Below, piece after piece: positions 12,703 to 24,480 of a stretch of DNA of 64,000 nucleotides. Position 1 is the first letter of the stretch; each line of letters starts with the position of its first letter. A program made the position numbers and the translations under genes. A model generated the notes under the pieces. That model saw only the letters and a list, made by a program, of their open reading frames with translations, did not search any database and had not been told where the DNA came from. The stretch is taken from NCBI GenBank assembly GCA_044892525.1, contig CM097885.1, positions 39,494,001 to 39,558,000 of the forward strand. Reading direction: 5' to 3'. Source of the stretch: Schmidtea polychroa. Taxonomy: Eukaryota.

Positions 12703-15030
12703 ATTTTTCCTTTCTATATTTGTTTAATATTATGATTGTTGTTTTTTCTTTAGAGTGTTTAATATATTTATTTTTCAATGTAAAATGTTTGATATATATC
12801 TTTAATATTAAATTGTATTTTTATGATAGTAGTTTGTTTGCAAAACTGATAATGAAAAAGTACATAAATCTCTATTTTATTTTTGTTATGATAGAACATT
12901 TTAAGGATACGTTTGAAATTAACGTTTCAATTAACAGTCAAACATATTAGTTTTGCAAATTGAATTCACAAGCTAGGATTGATTGAATATTAAAAATATG
13001 TTGCAGTTGAAATCAGATTATGGTGAATATTTATAGGATGACTTTTATTATAGTATTTAATTTTATTCAAAACAATTTCTATTTTAACGCATAGATAAAA
13101 TTCAAAAAACTTTGACAAATAACTATTATGTCATTGAATTAGTTTTCATAAAATATTATTATATATGAATATTAATAGACAATCTATGTATTATTTTATG
13201 AAAGTTAATTAATAGCAGCTTAAAAATACTCAAAGACCTTTCCTAATGTTATTGAACACCAATAAAACATCATTTATTCCATTTCAAAAATTAAATATTT
13301 TTACTCTTATTTGAAATAAACTCAATGGTAGTTTATTAAGTACGTGACATAGCATTTTATTTATTTCATTATAAAGCTCTTTTCGTTTCTTGAAACCTTG
13401 ATAATTTATCTTAATATGTTGGCTTAATTTAATAAATTTCGATCTATCTTGACTCTTATTATCGGTAGATTTAACATTTGTCGACATCAAAATAAAGTCA
13501 AAAGAATCAAGAATCATTGAATTAAGAGAAATCTTTTTATATTTTCTTTATATGATATTATTTTATTTGAATAAAGGAAATGCTTATAAGCTAAAATTAT
13601 ATTAGATCATGATTCAATTTGTCCAAATTGCCAAATTGCGACCAACTAACGACTTATTGGACAGATAATTATATGATGATGAAATGTTGTCAAACTACTT
13701 CTGTATTTGATGATTTTGTAATATTTAGGTCTCACTATTTGAGAATCTCAACTCTACTGGTTTTTATATAAATATAAATAAAGAACACAGGTCTTTATAT
13801 AAATGTTTATTTAAAATTTCAAAAATTACCAAATGAGAAATCGAAATTTGCAAAAATGATCTTCTAAAATTGTAACTTTCACTGGATAATTACTAATTTA
13901 TTTTCACTGCAAAATGCTAGCTAATTGTGTGGTTTTTTTATGTTGTGTAGTGCTTGTTGTGTTAATTTTAAATCAATTAAATAAGGCTTCTGTAGAGAGT
14001 TTTTGTCTGGTCTGTGTTTAAATATTTACGAAGCATTAAACTTTGAAAACTCTTCTTGGAGCAAATATTTGGCGAATTAAATGATTTTCTTCGCGCCTAT
14101 TTATATCAACATTTTTCAATAAAAATTAAATATGATTATTTCCTGCTTATACGCACTGAATAGTAATATTAAATATTATATCTACATATTTTGTTCTTTA
14201 TAGATTGCGTGCTATAATAAAGATATGTTTTTCTTAAATTATAATTATAATATAACATTAATTTTTTGAAATATAATAAATTTAATAGTAATTTTTCCTT
14301 GCGTTAAAATAAGTTAATTATAACGTAGAATAAAGATTATTGTACAGATAATTAGCATAACCTGATTAAATATAAAATAGTCAATTATATACAATATAGT
14401 CTCTACAAGATAGATTGGATTTGTGGGTCTTCTTTCTTATTAGACTTATTGCCTCGCTTCTGCATATACGTTGACCATTTAACCTTTAGACTCTGTCTTA
14501 TTATTATTTGTTAGGGACGAATGTGGTGATGTGCCTACTATCATCATCCAGCAATATAATCAGTACAAAGTTTTCACACTCCTACTCCGGCATTCATCTG
14601 TTTCATATATTTAAAGACTATTTCTCGCCTGATATCAGGACAGTACATGCCAAAATCTGTTAATGATTGAAGGAACTGTTTTAACTGGTATTGTGACTTC
14701 CTTACCCAAAAGTAAAATCAGGCGAAACTTGAAGAAAGTGAATGAGCTGGTAAATCTGCATTTGAATGTAAAATAAAATTGAAATAGTTAACTTATCAAG
14801 CATCATTGGGGCTTTATAAATGTTTAAGATCCATAAAATCATCTGCAAGTGGTATATTTCTTTGAGTAAGAATATTTGAAAGTGAAAGTCGAATCAGCAA
14901 ATGTAAAATTTATTAAATATATATAAACCAATAAAATTAATTAAAATTCCAATAAATTTCAAAAGATTCGCTATGAATGTATCCATATATTAAATAAACC
15001 AACTCCTATAAAACTAACAATATAATACAA

Positions 15031-15966
15031 ATGGTTAAAAAAGTTTGGAAAAGCGTTAATGTCGATTTTACGATAAAAAGCAACAATAACATAATTGAGA
15101 ATTCGGAAATTAGCGAAAATAATACAACGATTACTGCTGAATTGAGAAAAGCTTTGCCAACAACAACACATGCCAATCGTCAACTTGAAGAAGTTAATAA
15201 ACTACCAATCGATGGTCCATTTTATTTGGCATTTTCTAATCTGAATTTTGATGTTGATGAAGAGTGCATTAGAAATCTGTTTAAAGGTTTAGATTTGGTG
15301 GATATTTATTTCAATCCGAGAAAGCGAGGAACTGGCAATATAGAATTCAGAAGTTTGGACAATTTGAAATCGGCGTTGGAATTTAATGGACAAGTTTTCG
15401 TCGGTAGAGCAATTAATTTGACATTAATCACGGACATAGACAAAGAAAAGAAATTTAACACATTTCTAGATAAGAATGGTTGTTTTCACAAAGATGAAAA
15501 GAAATCTAAAGCAGATGAATCTGAAAATTGGAGAAGTAAGAAAGTTGTTGAAAGGAAAGAAACAAAACCAAGTGATAGCGATAATTGGAGAGTAAAGAAA
15601 AATGTTGAAATGAAAGAAACCAAGCCAAGTAATAGTAATAATTGGAGAGTAAAGAAAACTATTGAAATGAAAGAAACTAAGCCAAGTGATAGCGATAATT
15701 GGAGAGTAAAGACAAATGTTGAAATGAAAGTATTCAAACCGAGATATAACAATAATTGGAGAGAAAAGAAAAGTGTTGAAATGAAAGAAACAAAACCTAG
15801 TGATAGTGATAATTGGAGAATAAAGAAAGATGTTAAAGTAACAGAATCAAAAGACTGTAGCAGTGGAACACAGAGAATTACAAATATGCGTGATACCAAA
15901 ACAGAAAATCTTCGAGAAAACAAAACAGCCGAAAAAGAAAATTCTTGGAGATTAGTTAAAAAATAA
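15031..15966 (+). CDS. EIF4B: eIF4B-like, copy 5
   Basis: 311-aa protein identical to copy 1. Confidence 0.75.
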   Translation: MVKKVWKSVNVDFTIKSNNNIIENSEISENNTTITAELRKALPTTTHANRQLEEVNKLPIDGPFYLAFSNLNFDVDEECIRNLFKGLDLVDIYFNPRKRGTGNIEFRSLDNLKSALEFNGQVFVGRAINLTLITDIDKEKKFNTFLDKNGCFHKDEKKSKADESENWRSKKVVERKETKPSDSDNWRVKKNVEMKETKPSNSNNWRVKKTIEMKETKPSDSDNWRVKTNVEMKVFKPRYNNNWREKKSVEMKETKPSDSDNWRIKKDVKVTESKDCSSGTQRITNMRDTKTENLRENKTAEKENSWRLVKK

Positions 15967-18294
15967 ATTTTTCCTTTCTATATTTGTTTAATATTATGAT
16001 TGTTGTTTTTTCTTTAGAGTGTTTAATATATTTATTTTTCAATGTAAAATGTTTGATATATATCTTTAATATTAAATTGTATTTTTATGATAGTAGTTTG
16101 TTTGCAAAACTGATAATGAGAAAGTACATAAATCTCTATTTTATTTTTGTTATGATAGAACATTTTAAGGATACGTTTGAAATTAACGTTTCAATTAACA
16201 GTCAAACATATTAGTTTTGCAAATTGAATTCACAAGCTAGGATTGATTGAATATTAAAAATATGTTGCAGTTGAAATCAGATTATGGTGAATATTTATAG
16301 GATGACTTTTATTATAGTATTTAATTTTATTCAAAACAATTTCTATTTTAACGCATAGATAAAATTCAAAAAACTTTGACAAATAACTATTATGTCATTG
16401 AATTAGTTTTCATAAAATATTATTATATATGAATATTAATAGACAATCTATGTATTATTTTATGAAAGTTAATTAATAGCAGCTTAAAAATACTCAAAGA
16501 CCTTTCCTAATGTTATTGAACACCAATAAAACATCATTTATTCCATTTCAAAAATTAAATATTTTTACTCTTATTTGAAATAAACTCAATGGTAGTTTAT
16601 TAAGTACGTGACATAGCATTTTATTTATTTCATTATAAAGCTCTTTTCGTTTCTTGAAACCTTGATAATTTATCTTAATATGTTGGCTTAATTTAATAAA
16701 TTTCGATCTATCTTGACTCTTATTATCGGTAGATTTAACATTTGTCGACATCAAAATAAAGTCAAAAGAATCAAGAATCATTGAATTAAGAGAAATCTTT
16801 TTATATTTTCTTTATATGATATTATTTTATTTGAATAAAGGAAATGCTTATAAGCTAAAATTATATTAGATCATGATTCAATTTGTCCAAATTGCCAAAT
16901 TGCGACCAACTAACGACTTATTGGACAGATAATTATATGATGATGAAATGTTGTCAAACTACTTCTGTATTTGATGATTTTGTAATATTTAGGTCTCACT
17001 ATTTGAGAATCTCAACTCTACTGGTTTTTATATAAATATAAATAAAGAACACAGGTCTTTATATAAATGTTTATTTAAAATTTCAAAAATTACCAAATGA
17101 GAAATCGAAATTTGCAAAAATGATCTTCTAAAATTGTAACTTTCACTGGATAATTACTAATTTATTTTCACTGCAAAATGCTAGCTAATTGTGTGGTTTT
17201 TTTATGTTGTGTAGTGCTTGTTGTGTTAATTTTAAATCAATTAAATAAGGCTTCTGTAGAGAGTTTTTGTCTGGTCTGTGTTTAAATATTTACGAAGCAT
17301 TAAACTTTGAAAACTCTTCTTGGAGCAAATATTTGGCGAATTAAATGATTTTCTTCGCGCCTATTTATATCAACATTTTTCAATAAAAATTAAATATGAT
17401 TATTTCCTGCTTATACGCACTGAATAGTAATATTAAATATTATATCTACATATTTTGTTCTTTATAGATTGCGTGCTATAATAAAGATATGTTTTTCTTA
17501 AATTATAATTATAATATAACATTAATTTTTTGAAATATAATAAATTTAATAGTAATTTTTCCTTGCGTTAAAATAAGTTAATTATAACGTAGAATAAAGA
17601 TTATTGTACAGATAATTAGCATAACCTGATTAAATATAAAATAGTCAATTATATACAATATAGTCTCTACAAGATAGATTGGATTTGTGGGTCTTCTTTC
17701 TTATTAGACTTATTGCCTCGCTTCTGCATATACGTTGACCATTTAACCTTTAGACTCTGTCTTATTATTATTTGTTAGGGACGAATGTGGTGATGTGCCT
17801 ACTATCATCATCCAGCAATATAATCAGTACAAAGTTTTCACACTCCTACTCCGGCATTCATCTGTTTCATATATTTAAAGACTATTTCTCGCCTGATATC
17901 AGGACAGTACATGCCAAAATCTGTTAATGATTGAAGGAACTGTTTTAACTGGTATTGTGACTTCCTTACCCAAAAGTAAAATCAGGCGAAACTTGAAGAA
18001 AGTGAATGAGCTGGTAAATCTGCATTTGAATGTAAAATAAAATTGAAATAGTTAACTTATCAAGCATCATTGGGGCTTTATAAATGTTTAAGATCCATAA
18101 AATCATCTGCAAGTGGTATATTTCTTTGAGTAAGAATATTTGAAAGTGAAAGTCGAATCAGCAAATGTAAAATTTATTAAATATATATAAACCAATAAAA
18201 TTAATTAAAATTCCAATAAATTTCAAAAGATTCGCTATGAATGTATCCATATATTAAATAAACCAACTCCTATAAAACTAACAATATAATACAA

Positions 18295-19230
18295 ATGGTT
18301 AAAAAAGTTTGGAAAAGCGTTAATGTCGATTTTACGATAAAAAGCAACAATAACATAATTGAGAATTCGGAAATTAGCGAAAATAATACAACGATTACTG
18401 CTGAATTGAGAAAAGCTTTGCCAACAACAACACATGCCAATCGTCAACTTGAAGAAGTTAATAAACTACCAATCGATGGTCCATTTTATTTGGCATTTTC
18501 TAATCTGAATTTTGATGTTGATGAAGAGTGCATTAGAAATCTGTTTAAAGGTTTAGATTTGGTGGATATTTATTTCAATCCGAGAAAGCGAGGAACTGGC
18601 AATATAGAATTCAGAAGTTTGGACAATTTGAAATCGGCGTTGGAATTTAATGGACAAGTTTTCGTCGGTAGAGCAATTAATTTGACATTAATCACGGACA
18701 TAGACAAAGAAAAGAAATTTAACACATTTCTAGATAAGAATGGTTGTTTTCACAAAGATGAAAAGAAATCTAAAGCAGATGAATCTGAAAATTGGAGAAG
18801 TAAGAAAGTTGTTGAAAGGAAAGAAACAAAACCAAGTGATAGCGATAATTGGAGAGTAAAGAAAAATGTTGAAATGAAAGAAACCAAGCCAAGTAATAGT
18901 AATAATTGGAGAGTAAAGAAAACTATTGAAATGAAAGAAACTAAGCCAAGTGATAGCGATAATTGGAGAGTAAAGACAAATGTTGAAATGAAAGTATTCA
19001 AACCGAGATATAACAATAATTGGAGAGAAAAGAAAAGTGTTGAAATGAAAGAAACAAAACCTAGTGATAGTGATAATTGGAGAATAAAGAAAGATGTTAA
19101 AGTAACAGAATCAAAAGACTGTAGCAGTGGAACACAGAGAATTACAAATATGCGTGATACCAAAACAGAAAATCTTCGAGAAAACAAAACAGCCGAAAAA
19201 GAAAATTCTTGGAGATTAGTTAAAAAATAA
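18295..19230 (+). CDS. EIF4B: eIF4B-like, copy 6
   Basis: 311-aa protein identical to copy 1. Confidence 0.75.
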   Translation: MVKKVWKSVNVDFTIKSNNNIIENSEISENNTTITAELRKALPTTTHANRQLEEVNKLPIDGPFYLAFSNLNFDVDEECIRNLFKGLDLVDIYFNPRKRGTGNIEFRSLDNLKSALEFNGQVFVGRAINLTLITDIDKEKKFNTFLDKNGCFHKDEKKSKADESENWRSKKVVERKETKPSDSDNWRVKKNVEMKETKPSNSNNWRVKKTIEMKETKPSDSDNWRVKTNVEMKVFKPRYNNNWREKKSVEMKETKPSDSDNWRIKKDVKVTESKDCSSGTQRITNMRDTKTENLRENKTAEKENSWRLVKK

Positions 19231-20244
19231 ATTTTTCCTTTCTATATTTGTTTAATATTATGATTGTTGTTTTTTCTTTAGAGTGTTTAATATATTTATT
19301 TTTCAATGTAAAATGTTTGATATATATCTTTAATATTAAATTGTATTTTTATGATAGTAGTTTGTTTGCAAAACTGATAATGAGAAAGTACATAAATCTC
19401 TATTTTATTTTTGTTATGATAGAACATTTTAAGGATACGTTTGAAATTAACGTTTCAATTAACAGTCAAACATATTAGTTTTGCAAATTGAATTCACAAG
19501 CTAGGATTGATTGAATATTAAAAATATGTTGCAGTTGAAATCAGATTATGGTGAATATTTATAGGATGACTTTTATTATAGTATTTAATTTTATTCAAAA
19601 CAATTTCTATTTTAACGCATAGATAAAATTCAAAAAACTTTGACAAATAACTATTATGTCATTGAATTAGTTTTCATAAAATATTATTATATATGAATAT
19701 TAATAGACAATCTATGTATTATTTTATGAAAGTTAATTAATAGCAGCTTAAAAATACTCAAAGACCTTTCCTAATGTTATTGAACACCAATAAAACATCA
19801 TTTATTCCATTTCAAAAATTAAATATTTTTACTCTTATTTGAAATAAACTCAATGGTAGTTTATTAAGTACGTTACATAGCATTTTATTTATTTCATTAT
19901 AAAGCTCTTTTCGTTTCTTGAAACCTTGATAATTTATCTTAATATGTTGGCTTAATTTAATAAATTTCGATCTATCTTGACTCTTATTATCGGTAGATTT
20001 AACATTTGTCGACATCAAAATAAAGTCAAAAGAATCAAGAATCATTGAATTAAGAGAAATCTTTTTATATTTTCTTTATATGATATTATTTTATTTGAAT
20101 AAAGGAAATGCTTATAAGCTAAAATTATATTAGATCATGATTCAATTTGTCCAAATTGCCAAATTGCGACCAACTAACGACTTATTGGACAGATAATTAT
20201 ATGATGATGAAATGTTGTCAAACTACTTCTGTATTTGATGATTT

Positions 20245-20737
20245 CGTCTTCAGTTTTCAATTTCTCCAAGGCTTCGTATTTGATTTCCGGTTTGTTGTGT
20301 ACATCAAATCCCAGTACGAATGGACAATTTGGGAATCGTTTGCGATGTTCTTCCTTTGGGTGTTCTCCTTTTTTCCATTCTGCTAATTTCCCTTTACAGA
20401 ATCGACACGTTACTTGATCGGGTATCTCTGGTTTTCCGGAGAAGAAAAATCCGTTGAATGCCAGCGCTCGGCTCTGTTCCTTGGTGAAAATGGCCTGGTG
20501 TTCAAATGACAGGTATCTCTGGTTCTCACATCTGAACTGCTCATTGCTCCCCTGCCTCAAATCTCCCTGCACTAAGCTATAACCATTTCCCACAATTCTT
20601 CGATAGTACGTGAAACCACTGGGTTTTGTTCTGCTGACTTCCGAACTTCCTACTTTTTCTCCGGATGATGTATCGTCCTCTCCTTCTCTCATTGTGATCG
20701 TTTTCTTTCGGATATTCGGTCTCGCTTGATTAATCAT
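20245..20737 (-). CDS. BIR-domain (IAP-like) protein, C-terminally truncated at the array junction
   Basis: FRCENQRYLSF...LAFNGFFFSG...DQVTCRFCKGKLAEWKKGEHPKEEHRKRFPNCPFV fits the BIR consensus (R..SF, LA..GF, CxxC...W...H....H......C). Below 20245 the ORF runs on into array sequence. Confidence 0.9.
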
Positions 20738-20872
20738 CTATAATAAATTTCATCATTTCTTTTTGCATTTTTCTTTTTCTAATTTTTATGGTTTTGGTGA
20801 AGGGTTTATACAATAGCTTTATAATTACTTTACATCGTTTTTACAAAATATTTACAGTTTCCCTCTATCCGT

Positions 20873-22234
20873 CTATCGTATTTCTATTGTTGGTCCTTCC
20901 TCGTCCAGTTCGATTAGGAAGAATATAGTGTCCTTTTCTATGTAGGAACCGTCATTAAACTGGTATAGCTGCATAAACTCTGCTGCTCCTACCGCAGTAT
21001 TAACCTCTGTAATTGGTTTATTCCGTGCTGGACTTGATGCGTGAAAGTATATTATGTGCGTCCGTTCTCTTCCTAAGAGAGATATTCTTACTTTGTGTCG
21101 GAATGGCCAGACTATTAGGTCATCGAAGTCTCCTTTACAGATCTGCATATATAAGGACATGCACCGATCTTTAAACTTTCCCTCGCCATTTGGAAACCAT
21201 ATCAATTTCATCTTGTATCCATGTTTCTTGGCGTAGAATGGTTTGCTCACTATCGTTGTCTGGGTTCCTTGCTTTGCTCGCTCCATTATTTCTGTTATTC
21301 CTTGGATTTTCCACATGTATGGTAATATTGGTAGTTCCTCTGTTGTCAGTTCCTTTGCAGTCCACTTGGTTTGTAGTTTAGTTACTTCGACTAATTTGTC
21401 ATCTAATTTCAACGTTCTTTGCGTTACGGCTTCTCTCGTATTTTCGAAGCTTTCCTGTGAGCTCAGCATTTCTTTTATCATGATTTTATGTGATTTGAGT
21501 TAGTCTTTGACATCTTCGATTGCCCTTGCTGTTAACTCTATTGATCTCATCATCTTTTGCATGTGTTCGAATGTATTCTCCTCCACATGCTTCTTCATTT
21601 CTTCTGCTGGTAATTGTGCTCTACAGTCGAATGTCACCATTGGGCATTTTATTGCTTTTCTCGTACATATCTCCCAATGTTCTTTTAATCTGACGTTGTT
21701 AATTTCTCCACACTCGTTTGGACATCTCCCTGTGTATTCGTCGTAAATCCGTCTTTCCGCTGCGTTTCGATGTTCCATTTCAATTTCTCTCCAATTAGCA
21801 GTTTCTCCGCAAAATTCGCATTTTTCTGTTCGTGCTTCGCATTCTCCTTTATGTTTGGTTTTCTCTTTTCGTAAGAACTTTACCTTACATGCTTCGCATT
21901 CCAATTCTAAATGTTCGCATACGTCTGTATGAGCTCTTAATTCCTTTACTCGACCTGTCCATTCGCATGACCTTTGGGGACATCTTATTTTCACTTCTCT
22001 GATTTCTCGGTTCATTGCTTTATCCGGTATCGTGCCAGTAGGAACCAACTTAAATGCTTCTCCACATCCTGGACAAGTTTCTCGCTTTAGTTTGGCTAAT
22101 CTTATATCGCACCCTCGGCACAATCTACAACCGCATCGCGTTTGGCTTGCTCCAATTAATAGTTTTCTACATGCTGCATCGGCACATAATAGTCTCTCTT
22201 CGAACTCGTCCGGCTCGGCTTGGTATTTTCTCAT
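20873..22234 (-). pseudogene. TRAF-family protein (RING - zf-TRAF - coiled coil - MATH) split by one in-frame TAA at 21500-21502
   Basis: ORFs 21500-22237 and 20873-21481 share a frame (DVKD*LKSHKIMIKEML). RING: C-x4-C...CGCRLCRGC...CPGC. DKAMNREIREVKIRCP..CEWTG is typical of TRAFs. MATH: YMWKI...SKPFY...GYKMKL..FPNGEG...MSLY.QICKGDFDDLIVWPFRHKVRISLL. Confidence 0.92.
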
Positions 22235-22386
22235 CAACTCATAGTTAATCTTTTGTTCCTCCGCTTCTCTCCGGTTCTCTTCCGCTTTGTTTTGTATTCT
22301 ACAATGATAACTTTTTAATCTTGGGATTCTACTTGGTTATAACTCTATTTATTTACAAGATTATTTACAATTTACTCCTCTCTCTC

Positions 22387-22842
22387 TTATACATCTACCG
22401 TCGAGTCCGGTTCACCAGCTCCTGGTAGTCCGGTCATCCACTCGACTAAACTGGCAATATCATCATGTTGTCGATTTTCGTGCAACCTTCTAATTTCTTC
22501 CGCTTGCCATCTGATTTGGCTTATTAACTGATTGTTATTGTATTCTAGTTGCGCGATTATTTGGTGTTGTTCCTCTATTTTGGTAATATATATTGCATTT
22601 CTATTAATACTCTCTATCAACGCCGTCTGGTTTCGTACCCAATGTTCTGTAGTTTGATTTGTCAATTGGGTCATTAATTCACACTGTGCCCTCCACATGG
22701 ATCCTGTTGGCTGACTCGGCTCATTTGGCATGTTCATTTCCATCATGTCTACTGGATGCACATTCATTAGTGGCTGTTCTCTTACTTCGACAACATGTGG
22801 TATCCCGTTTGGATGTTCTTGCTCTTCGTTTCTCTGGTTCAT
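22387..22842 (-). CDS. Orphan 151-aa Gln/Asn-rich coiled-coil protein in the element 3' accessory region
   Basis: Intact ATG-TAA ORF, co-oriented with the neighbouring accessory genes, with a heptad-like stretch. No recognisable family. Confidence 0.5.
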   Translation of the reverse strand: MNQRNEEQEHPNGIPHVVEVREQPLMNVHPVDMMEMNMPNEPSQPTGSMWRAQCELMTQLTNQTTEHWVRNQTALIESINRNAIYITKIEEQHQIIAQLEYNNNQLISQIRWQAEEIRRLHENRQHDDIASLVEWMTGLPGAGEPDSTVDV

Positions 22843-22990
22843 TCCTATTTATAATACATGGTCATCATACTTGTTTTTGATTTTTCTACATATTGTTTTA
22901 ATTTACTACTTTTATTTTGTACATACAACTACTATTATTACTACTTTTATCGTTTCATTTATACATTATTTACAACAACTCCTCCTCTTG

Positions 22991-24480
22991 TTATACCAGT
23001 GTCGCCATGGGGCCGGAATGCAACGTGCGCATTCCCCCATATCTTTCGTCCGTTAGTCGGTATATATCGACTTCGTGTGACCATTCGTTAGGTGTGGGTA
23101 TTCTTGGTAGTTCCGACATCCACAATCCACTGGATCCGGGGTCCTCTACCACCTCGTATTCTTCTAGATTCAGATTCTCGGTTGGAATACCGTATTCAAA
23201 TTTTTCTACTTTGGGCCATTTTCTCCGGTTTCTCGGTTTTTGTTTACATTTTTTGGTGGTTCTTATCCATTGAATCATTGCTAACGCTATTATCGTACTT
23301 ACTATCGCGCTAGTTATCCATATCATCTTTGTGATTATCGTTGTTCCATTATTTGTCTTTTCTGTCGTTAATACTGTACTGCCTGTAGTATTCGTTTCTG
23401 GTGTCCTGATTTTCTTGAATGCTTGATGTAATCGTTCCTTCTCCTTCTCTGTTAGGTCACTATGATTTTCCCGTTTCTCTCCCCCTTCTCGATCTCGGGG
23501 TATCCACGGTATGTTTAATAATTGGGGTTTTTGTCGAGTTATTGGTTGACATACGCTGGTTCCTCTTCCTTTCTTAAGGATACATACTTGGTATCGTTCT
23601 TTCCGTTTTCCTGTCTCCATTTTAACGTCTGCACCTTGTCTATCGGTGTTGTTGTACAGTCGATTATTCCCGTCTTATCCATTACACATATCCTTATGAT
23701 TGGTTCTCCTTCTTGGTTTTTGACTGTAATTACCTCTTCACCTTTCTTGTTGAGGTTAATAGTTATCTGCACTTCCCGTCTTTCGTCTTTAATTACTTCG
23801 TTAATCCATGTTGTTGTTGTTATTAATTCGGTTTGATTTTGCTCTGTTGTTGTTTTTGTACTAACTGATTTGTTTGGCTTCTTGGTTGTTATCCCCATCA
23901 ATGGACCTTGTTTCATTGCCATACTCTTTGGTTTGTCTTTTCTTGGTGCAGTTCTTGTTCCTTTACATACTACTATCCCTTGTGTTCCTGCGCATACCAC
24001 AGTAGGGGTATTTGGTTTGACCTCTCCCCAGAAGAATTTGTGATCCTGTGTCATATCAGTTACTATGCATATATCTCTGTCTTCTCTGATGCATACATGT
24101 GTAATTGATCAACTCCCTTTATCCTATATTTCGATACCTTCTTCCAGAATGTTAAGTTGAAAATGTACTCCGGTTTCATTGGCTCTTTCTAGTTCCATTT
24201 CCTCTGTTGTTATGTCCCTACAGATGTCATAATCTCCACATAACCTGGGATCTCTTTTTTGGCTGCTAAAAATCTTTCCCTTTGTTATCGATCTGAAATC
24301 ACAACTTACTCCTGTTCCTTCCATTAGTTGAGCACATATTCCGACGGCGTTTCCGTCGTAATCGCTGACTTTTATCACGAATACTTCGCCTTCTTGGAAA
24401 GCTTCTCTTACGATTCTCGTATGTTTTGTTTCCGTTAAACAGAAAGATGTTAATATTATGAATATTCTTTGTAGTAGGAT
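22991..24480 (-). pseudogene. Putative type-I membrane glycoprotein (signal peptide, four Cys-pair modules, Thr-rich stalk, TM, basic tail), broken by two stops and one frameshift
   Basis: Hydrophobic ILLQRIFIILTSFCLT near 24480-24432. Modules ICAQLMEGTGVSC, VCIREDRDIC, ICVMDKTGIIDC and VCILKKGRGTSVC. TM MIWITSAIVSTIIALAMIQWI (23263-23326) followed by RTTKKCKQKPRNRRK. ORFs 24124-27783 and 23539-24054 share a frame (TAG 24124-26, TGA 24109-11); 22991-23620 is in the -1 frame. Confidence 0.6.

Larger units (their letters stand above)
1..20244 (+). repeat. Tandem array of six ~3.2-3.6 kb units, each carrying an eIF4B-like gene
   Basis: TTATATCAAC recurs at 1, 3632, 7263, 10894, 14101 and 17365, giving unit lengths 3631, 3631, 3631, 3207 and 3264. 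The sixth unit is truncated at 20244. The same ORF set recurs in every unit. The array starts before the window. Confidence 0.98.
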
